Of a stretch of 64,000 nt of DNA, positions 47,319-62,260 are shown one piece after another. The translations under genes and the position numbers were made by a program. The stretch is taken from contig NC_068982.1 of the NCBI RefSeq assembly GCF_001194135.2, positions 153,565,074 through 153,629,073 of the forward strand. The letters are read 5' to 3'. The notes beneath the pieces are model-generated. The model made no database searches. It worked only from the letters and a program-made list of their open reading frames with translations, and had not been told where the DNA came from. The first letter of the stretch is position 1. Every line of letters starts with the position of its first letter. The stretch is from Octopus bimaculoides. Its lineage: Eukaryota.

Positions 47319-49789
47319 AAGAAAGATAAACAGATATATACAGATGGAGAGTGGCAAACAAAGGGAGAGAAAGAGAGAGTGAAAGACATTCACAATTTCC
47401 ATGGGTCTGCTGTTACTACTCAATGCAAGGTAATGAAAAAATGCATATATATACAAGCACACACAATTATACACGCATAGTCGCAACCTTATCAAGATAT
47501 GATATAAAATTATCAAACAACCCCTAAAACTCCGTCGATAATGCATGTCTCATAATTCCTGCTATTTCACAACGCTGCTTGTTGACTAAAGAATGAAAGA
47601 AGGAGCGACTTTGATGCTAGCATGCGAGTTGTAGATTTATTTTACTCTACGAAATGGTGATCAATGTAATGGCATTGTAGTGAATATGTGTTGGTGAACA
47701 GACTTAATGTTTCAAACAGTAGTAGTGAATGCATATTTATTATCAATCACAATACTAATAATTGCATTAAATAAATCAGCACTGAGGTACTCTCAGAATC
47801 TAACAAAGTCAAGCAAAGAACTCGAAAGGCTTGCTATGAATCCAGAACAATACCACTAACAAAAACTCACATAATAGTGCAATGTGCATATTTCTGCATC
47901 TACAAACAATGAAGCCATCTTTCCAACGGTGTCAGACATTTTTCACTAGTTATCATCAAGAGTATAAATAAATTATTCTCCGATGAAAGCCAACACATTA
48001 GGCCTGTAGAATATTACAGCCAGATAATAAGAAAGATTAGTCATTAATACCTTGTAGTAACAGCAGTAAAACACCGGGAACCGAATATCCAGTCATAAAG
48101 AACAGGAATACAAAAATATTGCAACATAATATGGGAAGATAAATCTATATAACAGCTGAAACAGATTTTTACTTTAAAGAACAACTTTCGAGAGCACATC
48201 GTTGTCAACATATTAATGTACACACCGATCGGTAAATAGAGCTTAGAGAGCACTCATTGGGAAATTGTCTGTACTATTACAACAGCTAATTTCTCCTATA
48301 ACTGACTACTGAAATATGGTAGATAGAAGGAGTATTTCAAAGTTTTTATATAAATTGGAAAATACTAATTTAAATAAATAACGAATTATCCGTTTAGTTA
48401 AATACTTAAACCAATCACATCAATTTCCATATTATTACTACACTAGGATCGAGAGATAACTCTATGCCACAGTTGATAATCCCCTCCTTCCCTTTTAGCT
48501 ATTTCTCTCATACTCTGTTAGTACATTTTGTGTTTTTCTCTCCTAACAACATATTTTTCATTCTCTTAGAGACTTCCAAATATTTATTCAGTATAAAACT
48601 AAGAAGTACAGAAATATGACTAGTATGACAACACTATGGTTCACTAAATTGTTTAGATCATATGTATATTTGAATTCAGATGCTACTACATTCTGTAGTC
48701 CTATTAAACTTTTGTGATACTTTTTTTCACCAGGAAAATTAAATCCAATTATAACTATAGCAATTTCTTGCAGTTTATTTCCTTCAAGGAGATCACTCAG
48801 AATTTAATACAATCTAAGGTGATACCAATGAAACTAAGCATTCTGTTATTCTTTTAGTTTTCTTTTGCTGCAGTCATGTGACGGCGGCAATGCTAGGGCA
48901 CAACATTAGCGGTACGTACTCTTTCATTTCGTAAGGTTACAAGTTTGTCATATAAGTTCAAATGAAGCCAATTCATTAAGAAACACTTTTAGTTATAGCC
49001 CCGCTCTGTCTTTACATGTTAATTTATTCTTTATTTAAGACAATAGCATGTGATTTCGTAACTATTTCATGAAAATCGTCCGACAACAGAGTCTCCTTCG
49101 TTACGGGGTCAATTATTATGTTATGTTGCTCTGCTTAGTTACCTTCTTTCACATTCTGAATTCACATCGCATCGAGATAAACAAGTCCTATGAGTCCAGG
49201 AGAGTCGGTAATACAGGCTTACATTGATGTGTAAACACAAAGTATTGTGTATAACATTATTCATTAATTATGGCCTCTTCGTGGTATCAAATATTTAGTA
49301 TTTATAAGTCGCCACCAGAAACTAGAGAACAGTACTATTTGAATGCAATTTTGTAGATTCAGGGTATAACTACTTATTTCCTCTATGCTAATAATATCTT
49401 CAAGCTAAAACAATTGTAATTTCTTTCCATGCATTATAAAGGAGAATATGGAAGATTATGTAATATATCGGAAGTAATTTGCTGGAGAAAGATATTATCA
49501 TTCCGCAAAGCACATTCACCACACTACATGTTGCAGTAAAACATCCAGCTGTTAATTACCAAATTCTCATTGGTAAAGCTAATTATAATTTCCTTACTGG
49601 GAACGCTAAAATTTACCTGTTCGTGTCATACGACGACTGAGATATCTATACTATCAAAAATAATGAGCAACGAACATACACATTTTTTCATAAAAGACAC
49701 TAACTATTCATGTGTCAAATATTCTTTGTAAAAGAACAGATATATACATTGATATGTTAAGAATAGATAAACAGATAAATATATAAAGT

Positions 49790-49836
49790 ATAATGCACAC
49801 ACGCACGTACACGCGCACACACGCACACACACACGC

Positions 49837-49906
<70 letters not shown>
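49790..49906. repeat. (CA)-like tract plus long pure (TA)n
   Basis: Directly visible. Confidence 0.95.
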
Positions 49907-49908
<2 letters not shown>

Positions 49909-50731
49909 GCAGCCAACTAGCTATAAAGTTATATAAATAACCATAGTCGAATATCTAGTTTAATATCACTATGGCTCTTAACAGTTCCTTTTACTCATTA
50001 ATAATCTCTTCGCTCAATATTCATTACATCATTCTCTTTACTCAGTATCTATTTCCGCAACAATTCCTATAATTCAGTTTTAGTCTTAAGTGTTTTCTGC
50101 TGTATTTTTTTTCTGCTTTACTTTTCTTCTATACGCTATGGTTTTAAACAATAACAAACAAAAAAGCTAATTATTCTTATCATTCCAATGTCCTTTCTAC
50201 TTTTTTTAATAAAAGTAATTTGGTATCAAACAATTTTTATTAATGAAAAAGACAACAAAAATCCTCCATTATATTGTTAGTTTTCTGAAATTAAATTGCG
50301 TTGAGAAAAATAGCCTTCTAAAATACAGTTAACTTTAGTGACCTTTACGGTCAAATAGTTTTAGAGTTTATTTTAAGCGAGGTCACACAAAATCTACAAA
50401 TAACTCTGATTAGGATTCAGAAGAAAATTAATGAATATATTTGGGAATGAATATATTTTTTGTTTGTAGCTTTTCTCTCACATATAAACATATAATTGTA
50501 TGTTTATTGAAGCTTATTTGTTTGTTTGAAGCTAAAGAATAGAATACAACTACTGAGCAGTTAGAGAGCTAAATTGAAGTGATTTTGTTTATAGGAGGTT
50601 TGAATTAATACAATAAGTAATGTGAAAATTGTATAGATACGAATATTATATAAAACAAACTTATATATATAGTACAATATATGTGTGTGTGTGTGTTTGC
50701 ATGTATATGTGTATACAGAGGTATATATATA

Positions 50732-51140
50732 NNNNNNNNNNNNNNNNNNNNNNNNNNNNNNNNNNNNNNNNNNNNNNNNNNNNNNNNNNNNNNNNNNNNN
50801 NNNNNNNNNNNNNNNNNNNNNNNNNNNNNNNNNNNNNNNNNNNNNNNNNNNNNNNNNNNNNNNNNNNNNNNNNNNNNNNNNNNNNNNNNNNNNNNNNNNN
50901 NNNNNNNNNNNNNNNNNNNNNNNNNNNNNNNNNNNNNNNNNNNNNNNNNNNNNNNNNNNNNNNNNNNNNNNNNNNNNNNNNNNNNNNNNNNNNNNNNNNN
51001 NNNNNNNNNNNNNNNNNNNNNNNNNNNNNNNNNNNNNNNNNNNNNNNNNNNNNNNNNNNNNNNNNNNNNNNNNNNNNNNNNNNNNNNNNNNNNNNNNNNN
51101 NNNNNNNNNNNNNNNNNNNNNNNNNNNNNNNNNNNNNNNN
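50732..51140. other. Assembly gap
   Basis: N run in (TA)n. Confidence 1.
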
Positions 51141-51212
<72 letters not shown>

Positions 51213-53326
51213 GCATGTATGTATGTGTACATGTACGCATTTATATGTGTGTATATATCATATGTATGGATATATATGTATATGTATGTATATATATATG
51301 TATGTGACTGATTTCTTATTTTGACAAATAACATTTTATTTTTCTTCATTCAGCACCCTCAGGGAAGGTAAACTCAAACTAGGAAACATCATATCGGTAC
51401 GACACCAAAATACGTTATACTTCCGTTGAGTATAAGTATTAAAACCAGTTGAGTTCTTAGTTTTATGTATAAATTCCATTTAATGAATCGTCTTGTCTTG
51501 TATTTTGATTGAAGATTTCAAAAGAACTGTTGGTGAACACTCGCTTTAAAATGCAGACTGAACTTTCTTTAGCATCGATGAGACATGTAAGCATTTTTCG
51601 ATAATGCACATTGTCTCAGAATTTAATTCCTTTTATTTATTTACTTATATATTTATTTATTTATTTTGGTTTTATATGTGTCGTTATTTAAGTATCATGT
51701 ACAACGAGCGGTGGGATTTTATTAATTTTTAAATTTGTCACAGCATCGACTCAGTATCTTAGAGGTCTTAAATTAACCTCTTGAAGAAGCCAAACCCATT
51801 TAATGAATTATTCATCCTCTCTAATAATTCACTTGAGGTTAACGCAATAACTGAAACACAGCTTCCGTTATATAAGATAGTATTCTACCCTTAATAGTTT
51901 GTTTGATGAGAGATGGTCTCACTTGATCGAACTAATACATAGTCTAGGAATGAATAATGTATTTATATTATCTGTTTTTTTTGTGGAATAGCACTAATGT
52001 TTCAATATCATCCCGTCTGTATGTCATGCACAAAGGTCATAGCAATGAAGACGTTAAATATTTCATTGAACACTGTACAATATATTTTCATCAGTTTTCT
52101 AGGAATTAAGAGGGTATACTTCAGAGGCATGTATACATACATATATATGTGTGCGCGTGTGCGTATGTGAGTGTGCATGCATGTGTGTGCGTACGTTTGT
52201 CTGCGTGTGAGTACTTGTATGTGCATGTGCATGTATGTGTGTGTGTGACTGCGTGTGTGCTTGTGTGTGGGTGTATGTGTGTGTGTGTGTGTGCGTGCGT
52301 GCGAGCACAGTTGAGAACTTAAAATTTGTTTTTAGACGAATAGAGGCTACCTCTACTAATTTATTATCGAGATTACATAACCACCAGCATATATTTTACG
52401 AAGAGACGATGAGACCGAATAAACATCATTGACAGCAAATATCGTAGAATTAAAATGTTTCGGAAATTACTACACAACTTCCTAATTTAGTATAAGAAAA
52501 GCTACGTCACACTCGGCCGTGGTGAGGATATGAGTACAAATAAAAATTTTGGGCGATTATGTAAGAGAGTAAGAGAAGTGTGGTTTGATTTAATCTACAA
52601 GTTCAATTATATTCAGAAACCAGCCTAGACGCGCAATTTCTCAAGATTTGGACAAGCATTCCACTGATCCTAGCCCATACTAGAAGATATATAACAGACA
52701 CTATGTGAAGCTAGCCAACACTTTGGCACTTAATATTACGCAGTACATGATTAGACACAACAATAAAATATTAAACAATCTGTTTTCTAGTTATATAACC
52801 CCTAGAATTAGTAATCTATATAATAGCATACATCCACTAGGAACCACTTATTACGATCTTGTTTTGTTTTATCAATATTATAAAAGGCATTTGAATATGT
52901 GCTTGTGTTAACACCACGTGTGATTGCATGAATCATTGGTTACTCAAATCCCTTTTATCATCTACAATCTATATAAATCACCTAAGTGTCTTATCCTGTT
53001 CTCTTTTAGTTAACTCTCGGCAAAAATACATACTTGAGTGCTACAATATTCTTTTATAGCTTGTCTATTCTACAGCAGCCTTCCAGACATAATAACTTAT
53101 CTGAATAGAATCGTTATAAAATTTCGAGCGTGTATGAGTCACAAAATTAATTTCCTATGATTTTATTTTAATTTCAGTAATGTTGCTTAAAATAACTGAT
53201 TTGTTTGTTTAGAAAATACTTCAAATTTCGGTGAAGCAACTTAGGAATACCGCATATTCATTCCACCCTATAATAAATTACACCTAAATCTCACTCAAAT
53301 TCCATCCTACCGTTCAAACGAGGATG

Positions 53327-53494
53327 CAGAGCGGCCGTAGCAGCTTTGTAGGTCGGTGGGGAAATCAGTGCACCGGGCCCTATAGTATTTATTTATCTAC
53401 AGCAAGCCACAACATTTATGGGTCAGAAGTGGACCCTATGCCCAATGGGCCCATGTGCAGCTACTTAATGAGCTCATACTCTAGGACGGCTTTG
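53327..53494. mobile_element. 168-bp hAT-type MITE with 8-bp TSD CGAGGATG
   Basis: CGAGGATG at 53319-53326 and 53495-53502; termini CAGAGCGGCCGTAG and CTAGGACGGCTTTG are 10/14 complementary. Confidence 0.8.
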
Positions 53495-53842
53495 CGAGGA
53501 TGAGTACATTGAATTAGGTGGCCCTTGGTACATAATGCTTAAACTTTAGATAGGAGCTTCAGAGGTCATAGAATGAACAGTTTATAATAGACCTTCTGAA
53601 ATCAGAGCTTCAGATTTTCACTGTATCAATGTCACATGTTATTCTCATTTTCCTTGTCTCATATGAAATGGTGACATACATCCTGTATGTATGCGTTTAT
53701 GTATGTATGTGTTTATGTAACGTATGCATGCAAGCAGGCATATATGTATGTACGTGTTTATGTATGTATATATTCATCAGTTAATAGGAGCACTCTGTCG
53801 GTTACGACGACGAGGCTCCCAGCTCGTAACTATATATATACG

Positions 53843-53858
53843 TGTATGTGTGTGTGTT

Positions 53859-53891
<33 letters not shown>

Positions 53892-53932
53892 GTCTGTGTG
53901 TGTGTGTGTCTGTGTGTGTGTCTGTGTGTGTG

Positions 53933-53973
<41 letters not shown>
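53843..53973. repeat. (TG)n microsatellite
   Basis: Directly visible. Confidence 0.97.
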
Positions 53974-53978
<5 letters not shown>

Positions 53979-56900
53979 CAGCCTATGTGTCTCAACTCTG
54001 TCTTTTAATAAGTTTATCCGTTATTCAGCCTCCTTTCCGTTCTAAATTATATATATATGAAATACTTAATTGCCTTATTGTTGTTTGCCTTTATTAGTTT
54101 TCAGCGAAACTACATATCTCCCTTGTTATATTGTTATATTTTCACAGTTTTTACTGTCTAAGGCTTTCCAACCTATTTACTAAACTTAATAGACACCTCA
54201 TTATATTCCGAATTTCTATGAGCCACAAAATTATTTTCTAGAAACTACTTACTTTGATTTTCTATTAAATTATCGAGTTAAATTACCTGAAATATCGAAA
54301 GGGACTGCTAAGAAAACTATTTTACATTTCTTTAGAAAATACATCGTAATTAGGTGCGTCATCATAGGAATAGCTACGCATACGAACCTTTACAAATAAC
54401 ACACAAATCTTTCTCAAATCATTTAAACAAGGATGAGCAAATTGAATCGTATAGCTTTAGATAAGCAGTACCTGAAATTCAGATCGGCTGGTTACAGGCC
54501 ACACTTCAAACAAATTATCATGCCTTGCTGGAATCAGGGTTTCACTAAGAGACAACAACGAATATTACAACGTAAGCTGAACCTCTTGTCTTTTAAAAGT
54601 TGTGTTTTTATATACAATATGAAAAATCTATATTTTGCATGATCTAAAATTTTGAAGAGATTTTATAAATTTTAGGTTACACCACTGGGGTTATTCTCAA
54701 GTACTACGGATTTACCATAGCATTTCCACAGGAGAATACGAATGTGGTTTATTCTTGTTACTTTTCTTCGATTATGTAGCTACATATTTCGTTATAAGAT
54801 ACCATCATGTCAACTGGAGCCACTTCCGAGAGAGTAACTGGAAAGAAAGCAAGAATATTTTCCCCCAGATATGTTATTTATCGACGCCTCTTTCCTAAGA
54901 TCGCTAGCAATATAAAATAAAATTAATAAAATATACTCCTAGTTTATTGTTACTGTTTGATTTTCCTGATTTCACTCTTAATCATTTACATTTTGGAAAA
55001 GCATGAATGTTACAAAATCGCACTTCGAATAGCCATAAATATTGCGTTTATATTTGATAAAAAAGATGACATTATAATTAATGATACATCACTAACGAAT
55101 ATCAAAATGAACGACAGCTGAATGTACTTAGAATTGCATTGTCTATAAAGTGTATAGTTTCTTTATCTGAGCATTCATTTATTAAATTATTTATTGAATT
55201 GATTTTCGGTATTTTCAGATAGACATAGTATGTTATTGTTGCCATTCTGTTAAAGAGTTGCTACGATTTTCTAAAGATATATTCAGACATGATGTAACAT
55301 CATGAAATGTTTTATGTATTTTTCGTGTAATACCGCAAGTTGACCCTTGGTTGATATTACCGATTATTCGTACAAGGTCAACAGCCTATGGATGGATTGT
55401 TCAGCTACCAATTTTACAGTTTCTGCAAAAATATCGTAGGCATTGAATTTCTTCTTCTGGCTAAGACACAGAAAAATATGTAATTAGCATTTCTACAAAA
55501 AAAAAGATTATGTACACCTACATTTTGGAAGCGTCGTATGTACAAAATTTTGTGTTTTTATATAAAAATTACATTCTGTCTGCAAACTTTAGATTACCTA
55601 GGATTTCATGTGTAATAATTTAATTTCGGATTTATTATTTTACAAGGAGATATTCATTTTTGCATATGTCATGCTTATACCACATTAGCGCAGATGATTT
55701 TTTTCCTCAACTATTACTAATTCTCTTCTGCTTTTTAAATTTTGCTTTTGTTATTTTTTTTTTCATACAATCTCGCATTGCACTGTTATCATAATCACTG
55801 ACGAGAAAAACACTTCACTTATTGATTTTGGTCAAGATATCTCGATCGATAAGAATTTTTTCCACTCGCTGAGTTATTTTCAAAGAGTCGGTGATAATAC
55901 TTTCTGTCAGCAGTTATGTCTCTTGATGATACTTTATTATTCTAATCATACTATTTCACGTCTCATTGACTTTTTATTATTAATGTTATTTTCATTACTG
56001 TTGTTCCTGTTATTTTCATGTAATTATTACATTTATTGTTGTAGTTCTTATTGGTACTGTTGCCGACAGTGTTGTTGCTGACACTGTTGTTGTAGTCGCT
56101 CTTATTGTTTTGATGATAACGCTTGCAAGTGTCTGAGAATTATTATGTTGCAGATGGGCCGGTTTGTAAGTGATTTGTCTAGTTGTCTACAACGACTTTT
56201 ATTATATTTTCCTTTCTTATTTTCAGACTTGTTTTTCCCTGTTTACTACTATATGATATGATAGGATAATAAATGGTGTTAAGCCCTGTCTACTCTTTTC
56301 ACAATTTTTCTCGTCTGAATATAAGAATTATGTTTACAGTACGGCTTATGCTGCTGAATGTTATTTTGTTGTTGCTGCTGCAGCTTTTGCTACTGCTATT
56401 CTTATTGTTAATAACGATAATTATGAGACAGGAGTTGCAAAGACGAAAAGATAGAAGGAATCGTAGGACGAAGAAAGAAATAAAAACGAGAAAGAACAAG
56501 GTAAAGAAGACGAAAATGAATCTTTATTTTTGCAAACATTAATCTCAATCTATGAAGCACGGAGTGTTAACATAACATTATCAATAGGTTATTATTTTGT
56601 GATTTGTTTAAAATTGTTCTTGCATTTATTCCTATTTGACATCTGACTGTGAGTTAATAACACTTACAGCTTAATCTCATAAAGTCTTGGTAATATTTTA
56701 TTCATAAGCTAAGTATTTTCTACTAAAACTTGTAATTTTTTCCTTAGTAATGAAATCAGACAAAATAAATCCTGAATTAGTCTGTATGAGTAAAGGATAA
56801 TCAATAAAAATAATGATATTCATATAATTAAAACTCAGTTTTGTTCTATCCTTTCGACCTATAAAAACAGAAATTATTGCGAACGATTTCTTGTAAAACG

Positions 56901-57254
56901 TATAATGCTTCACTTTATATTCTTATGTTTCCTGTTACCTGCTACTGTTTTCCAAGTACAGCCTATTTCATGGTCTAGTGGCCAGAAAAGATACACGTCT
57001 CCTCACTCTGGTCATTTTATGAGGATATAGAAGGGCAGCCAAGAGCGGGAAGACATCTCACATAGAGACCAATTTCCAAGCACGCTTTGAGAGAAAACTA
57101 CCAAGAGAAACATAGAATGTGCTGCTCTTAGGACTTTAGGCTACGGAGTTTAGATCAACAGGGCTTAAAATATGAACCCTTTGAATACTTAGATGAAATA
57201 GATATTAAACTGAGACGATTCCTTATTATATGAGCAATATCCTTACAAGTTTTC

Positions 57255-57335
57255 CAGGTGGTCTTCTACCTTAACTTCGGGTCTACCAAAGCCTTTCCAG
57301 TGTAATTTAGTAGACAAAAACAGTGTGAAAAACTG
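57255..57335 (+). mobile_element. SINE family 2 internal fragment
   Basis: GGTCTTCTACC..AACTTCGGGTCTACCAAAGCCTT....TTTAGTAGACAAAAAC; compare 11250-11290. Confidence 0.45.
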
Positions 57336-58635
57336 TCACACAAACTCTCCTTATTCTGAACGAAATACTTAATCTTTTGTTTGGCTTAACGAGGATTTCT
57401 GCTGTTTGGATGCTTTTAACGGAGTTTACTCAAATGGAAGCTTTCCACCAGATCTTCAGTTTGACCCACCCTTCCTGCAACTAAGAGAAACTCTAAAAGT
57501 AGGCATAAGCATTATCCTTCCTCTTCTAATTCAGGTAAAAAGCAAAACAAAATCAAGAGCTTGGTATTGTTTTGAGGGGGCAGGAGTAAAGAGTAGAGGA
57601 ATTGAAATTGAAGGATGCAAGCGAACTAAAGAAGTATAAAAGAAACGAAGAAAAATTGCTTTGAAATTGTATTGAGGTTTTACAATGGAATCTGAATCAG
57701 GAAAAAAATTATATGTAAAGCAGTATTAAAACAATAGAATAATATGAGTGAATAAACAATCATATAGACAGTAATCTATAAAGAATCATCGCGTGCATGA
57801 ATAATGGCGAGATTTAAATAATTATATTCATTTACAATACGTTTCAACTAAGTCGAACGGGCATGCACTGTTGTTATATGTGCGTGTGTTCACAAAACAT
57901 TCAGTTTCTTGGCATAAGGGGACTTGATACAGCTCGAATTTTCGACCAGGCTGTATCTCCTTATTCAAAGCTACTCTCAGTTGCTTGCTTCTGTTTAAAG
58001 AAACTAAAACAGACAATGCCACTTAGAAATAATGCGATTCCTCAAAGTCCCTTTACAACGCGTGTATTGTGAACATAGATATTTGAAAAGGGAAGATGTT
58101 CTGCGAAGGAGAAATACAATAGGGATTAGTGTCTTCACATTCGGGTCTGCCGGATTATATTAAGAATGAATAGGTATGTCAACTTATAACGATAATATAT
58201 ATTTAAATAATTAGAAAGGAACAGAAGAGACTAAGATATTCAATGTAGTAACCGAAGATGCCTTTATACTGATTTCCTACATACAAGATAAAGTAACCAC
58301 ATTTCCTTCAATCGACACTCTCAGAAAGCACAAATCATAACAAACCTAAATTAGAAATAAGATGATCACATCGAAAACATTCGATTATGGATCTGCGTCT
58401 GTTATGTGTTTATACAGAAAAAAAATCAACGATAATATGATGGAAGAAAAGTAGAGCTAAAAATAATGTTAAGAAATTCAGCAAGTGGTTATAGTTGAAT
58501 AGGAAGTGAAGGAATGTAGAGAATGTATAGCTTAGTATATCTTTAAATAAAATATAGCATCGCACAATGGAGGGATGGATATAGTCGACTATATATTGAT
58601 CTCAGTATTTGAGTGATAGTATATTTTTTACAGAC

Positions 58636-58690
58636 ATTGGATGGATGAAAGGCAAAATAGACCTCGGTCGATTTGAATACGAGGGCGGAG
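58636..58690 (-). mobile_element. SINE family 1 fragment
   Basis: GGATGAAAGGCAAAATAGACCTCGGTCGATTTGAA. Confidence 0.65.
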
Positions 58691-58906
58691 TTAGGAAATA
58701 TAAAGAGGTGAAATAAAATAATGAAGGTCAATAAATGATCATAGTTCAGAAGTAGAAAAACAATGGAAAATATGAGAAAAAAATTTAATGAATCTAGAAA
58801 ATAATCTATTAGACATTTTTTAAAGTATTCAAAAACTGAAAATAGTGGCGGGAAGAAGAATGTTAATGACACAAAAGTGAGAATGTATAAACAAAAAGGA
58901 GATGAA

Positions 58907-58948
<42 letters not shown>

Positions 58949-59019
58949 TGTGTGCGTGAGAGAGAGAGAGAAAGAGAGAGAGAGAACGTGATGGTATAAA
59001 TGCCAGTAATTAATTAGAG

Positions 59020-59255
59020 TTGTTCACTGAAAGAAATTCACGTAATTGCTTCACGACCCATTGCGTGTCTGCTAGACCTTCCAGAAGTTGCAGCTAAATT
59101 CATCTAAAATCACCCATTTATAGACCTATGAAATAAAGGATACATTTGATTATGTACATGGAAATACATTGTGCCTAAAATTATCAGGTGGTTATGGGAG
59201 AGAACGATATTGATCATTGATCTGCTTGATCAGAACTAACCTAAAATTAAACAAG
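59020..59255 (+). mobile_element. Degenerate copy of another short interspersed repeat (family 4)
   Basis: GCAGCTAAATTCATCTAAAATCAC...GGATACATTTG...TTGATCATTGATCTGCTTGATCAGAACTAACCTA..AAACAA; related fragments near 46130-46210 and 60820-60950. Confidence 0.45.
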
Positions 59256-59585
59256 AAAAATAGCAAAAACAAAGCAATAACAAAAGGAATAATAACTGCT
59301 TGAAAATGTAAGAATAAGTAGCGAAATGCAAATGGAAATGGGCCGGGTATATGATAATGACGGCAAAACGCATAGATAAATGAAGATAATTAAACTCCAT
59401 AGTTTAATTCATAGAAGTGAGAAATTACCTCTAGAAGAAAAGCAACTACGCATATTCTTTCACTTTCATATATCACTGGCTTTTGTCATCGATTATAGGA
59501 ATGTTTCGATGCCATTAGGCTTCGAACTACTTTTGTTATGAGACTAGTTTGTACACCAATAAACATAAACTCAGATATGGGCTCT

Positions 59586-59694
59586 GAGACACACACACAC
59601 TCTCTCTCTCTCTCTCTCTCTCTCTGTCACACGCACACAAACACACACATGCGCGCATGCACATACATATACATGTGTGTGTGAGAGTGTGTGT

Positions 59695-59780
<86 letters not shown>

Positions 59781-59802
59781 GTGTGCTTGTGTGCGCGTAT
59801 GC
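59586..59802. repeat. Compound (CA)/(CT)/(TG)n microsatellite
   Basis: Directly visible. Confidence 0.95.
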
Positions 59803-61399
59803 GTTTATATAAATAAAAGGTTTATGACTTAAGTCTGTAGTACTCAAAGTCTCACTGACGTAAAAGGTACCGCATTATTCAGATGCTTGGAATGTAACTT
59901 GGAATGCAGCTATGAGTCCTAAACAGGGCTTTCTATTTGTTACATTGTCTTCTGTAATGAAGCTACATTTCGACGATTGCTACGAGACTGCGAGGCGTTA
60001 CAGAGCCTGCTAAACGTTATTGCATGAGCGCAAGAAGAAGGGAAATGAGGAACAACTCGTATACATTAAGTGTCTTCCCTATTTTCATTAACAATTCCAG
60101 CAAGAGCAAGATTTTTTGTGAAATGCCATGAATATTATGAAAGCTGACATTTTGATATTAGTGAGGTCATTTGATGAGAGCCGTGTGAAATCTCAGTCTT
60201 CTAGTTAAGAGATACAATGGGCTCGTGTAATACTTGTTGTTTCTTCAATTACATGCATATTAGAAGGGTGTTTCTTGAGTATGATCCAGTTTAAGTTGGG
60301 CAGGATTTTTACATGGATCCAATGTTTCCAGTAAAAAGATTATCGCTAGTATAGGTTTTCCTTCTCACTGACCATGAGGGAGCTTATATGCTACGATAAA
60401 CATTTCACAGCACCATGTAGGTTGTTAAGCTAGTCAACATACACACAAACACACACACACACACACACATACGTATATATACATACACAGGTTAGAAATT
60501 GAGATTTTAAATGTTCAATTATAATTCTATATTGACAAAACATCGCTTCAATTGTATAGATTTGTATAGGAACAGATAAGCGAAAAAAGATCTCATTGTG
60601 GATAATTATTCTGCATTATTTAATGCAGTCATCTCTTTTAATTTATAATTAACACCCTAAGTGGAATAAAAGTGAATATAACTCTAACTATATATTCCGT
60701 TGGCTCCATTCAGAATATCTTCGGATTTCACATGAAGATGTAATACTATGTGAAACTAATAAACTAATGCACCTTGAATATTCATATTTGTGAAAAACTG
60801 TGGAACTGCAAAAATCAACAGCCAAATCTCCGGCAAATTGAACACCATTCTCGCACATAAAAATACTTTCATACAAGATTAGAATCTCTTATAGTGCTAG
60901 ATATCCAGAAAGAACAGGATAATTGTTCCTGGAAAGCCTTTGATCATAGCCATCATTTAGTCTATATTATATAAACTGCCACAATCATAAATTGGGGAAA
61001 ATTCTAATACAATCAATTGAGTTTACAAAATCTAACAGGAAAAATGATATCTGGAAATTAGACCACTGCCAATCACTTAAAATAAGCAGATATAATGTGT
61101 CTTTCCATTGTTGGGAGTGGCTATGTCCCATACTTATAACGAGACTGGAGTTTTGTTACTGCAGAAATGTAATGTGACTGATATTTGAAAAGAATGTGTG
61201 TGTGTGTATGTGTGTGTATTTATAAATTTATGTATGTATAAGTTCAAGCTACTTATCTGCTACATTAACAAAAGAACAGCTCTCATTTTGGGGTATCGTC
61301 CCTAGCTTTCCTTCTCAATAACGATGGCTCTATAAACAATATCCCCACGCAGGAATATTCCATATTCGCTGCAAAATGTTCAGCCAATTTCACAATGTA

Positions 61400-62260
61400 C
61401 ACTTTTAACAAATTTGTTCAAAATCTGTCCGCTTCCATCCTTCCAGTTCCATCATATTACATACACAGAGGCCAAGTACCGAACTACCTTCGCATGATAC
61501 ACATCTAAAAACATCAGCCTTATTAATATTTCGGTGTTCCATGAGTCAGCCGATATTCTTATTGATCGTTTCGACCTGTCCCTCTTTAAAAATCATTGCG
61601 AACTGGTAATAAGGTGTCCAATTTATTAAAAAAGGCAATAATTTGACTTTGTCATCTATCGTCCGATCGCCGGCACTTACAGTAAGAGCAAAGAAATTGA
61701 TACTAACATGAAGAAACTTGATGAAAGCAATGTTGCTGCCCTCAACATCAGCAATGTTTTTGACATATCTCACCCACAAATCCGTTGTTAAAATAATCTA
61801 CCTTTAGGCTTCAATCGTCTATCCTCACTTGAATCTCAAGCTTCTGATTACACCGCGACACGTGTTGACGGAGCTATTTTTGTTCAATACTCAATCACAT
61901 TTGGCATACACTTGTGTTCACTTTTGTCCTCTCTTTCATTTCCTTTTATACATCAATGACTTAGTTGCTATCACACCATCCTCACACGACCTACTCATCT
62001 CATACCACATCCACATCGATTCTATGAATATAAAGTCTGAAAGTACATCCCGATGGAGCACCATCACTGCGGATATCTCCTACTGATAGCTCTCCTTAAC
62101 ATCGATAAAACCACATTAGAACAATTGACTCTTCTCTTCAAAACCAGAAGATACTCCTTATCAAAAATTCTCGGATATCTAGAACAGCCTCCATGATGGT
62201 GCCTTTTTTTGTAAACGCTCTAGTTGCTCAAGAGAGTCATAAATAGAACCAATCCAGTCT
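61400..62260 (+). mobile_element. Degenerate CR1/L2-group LINE reverse-transcriptase fragment
   Basis: VAALNISNVFDISHP (VALDISKAFDRVWH-like), RVDG, FCPLFHFLLYINDL (LSP.LFLL.INDL-like). Confidence 0.7.

Noticed and set aside
56273-56542. ORF with a hydrophobic stretch and basic tail
   Set aside because: Arises from degenerate (TGT/TGC/AAG) low-complexity sequence.
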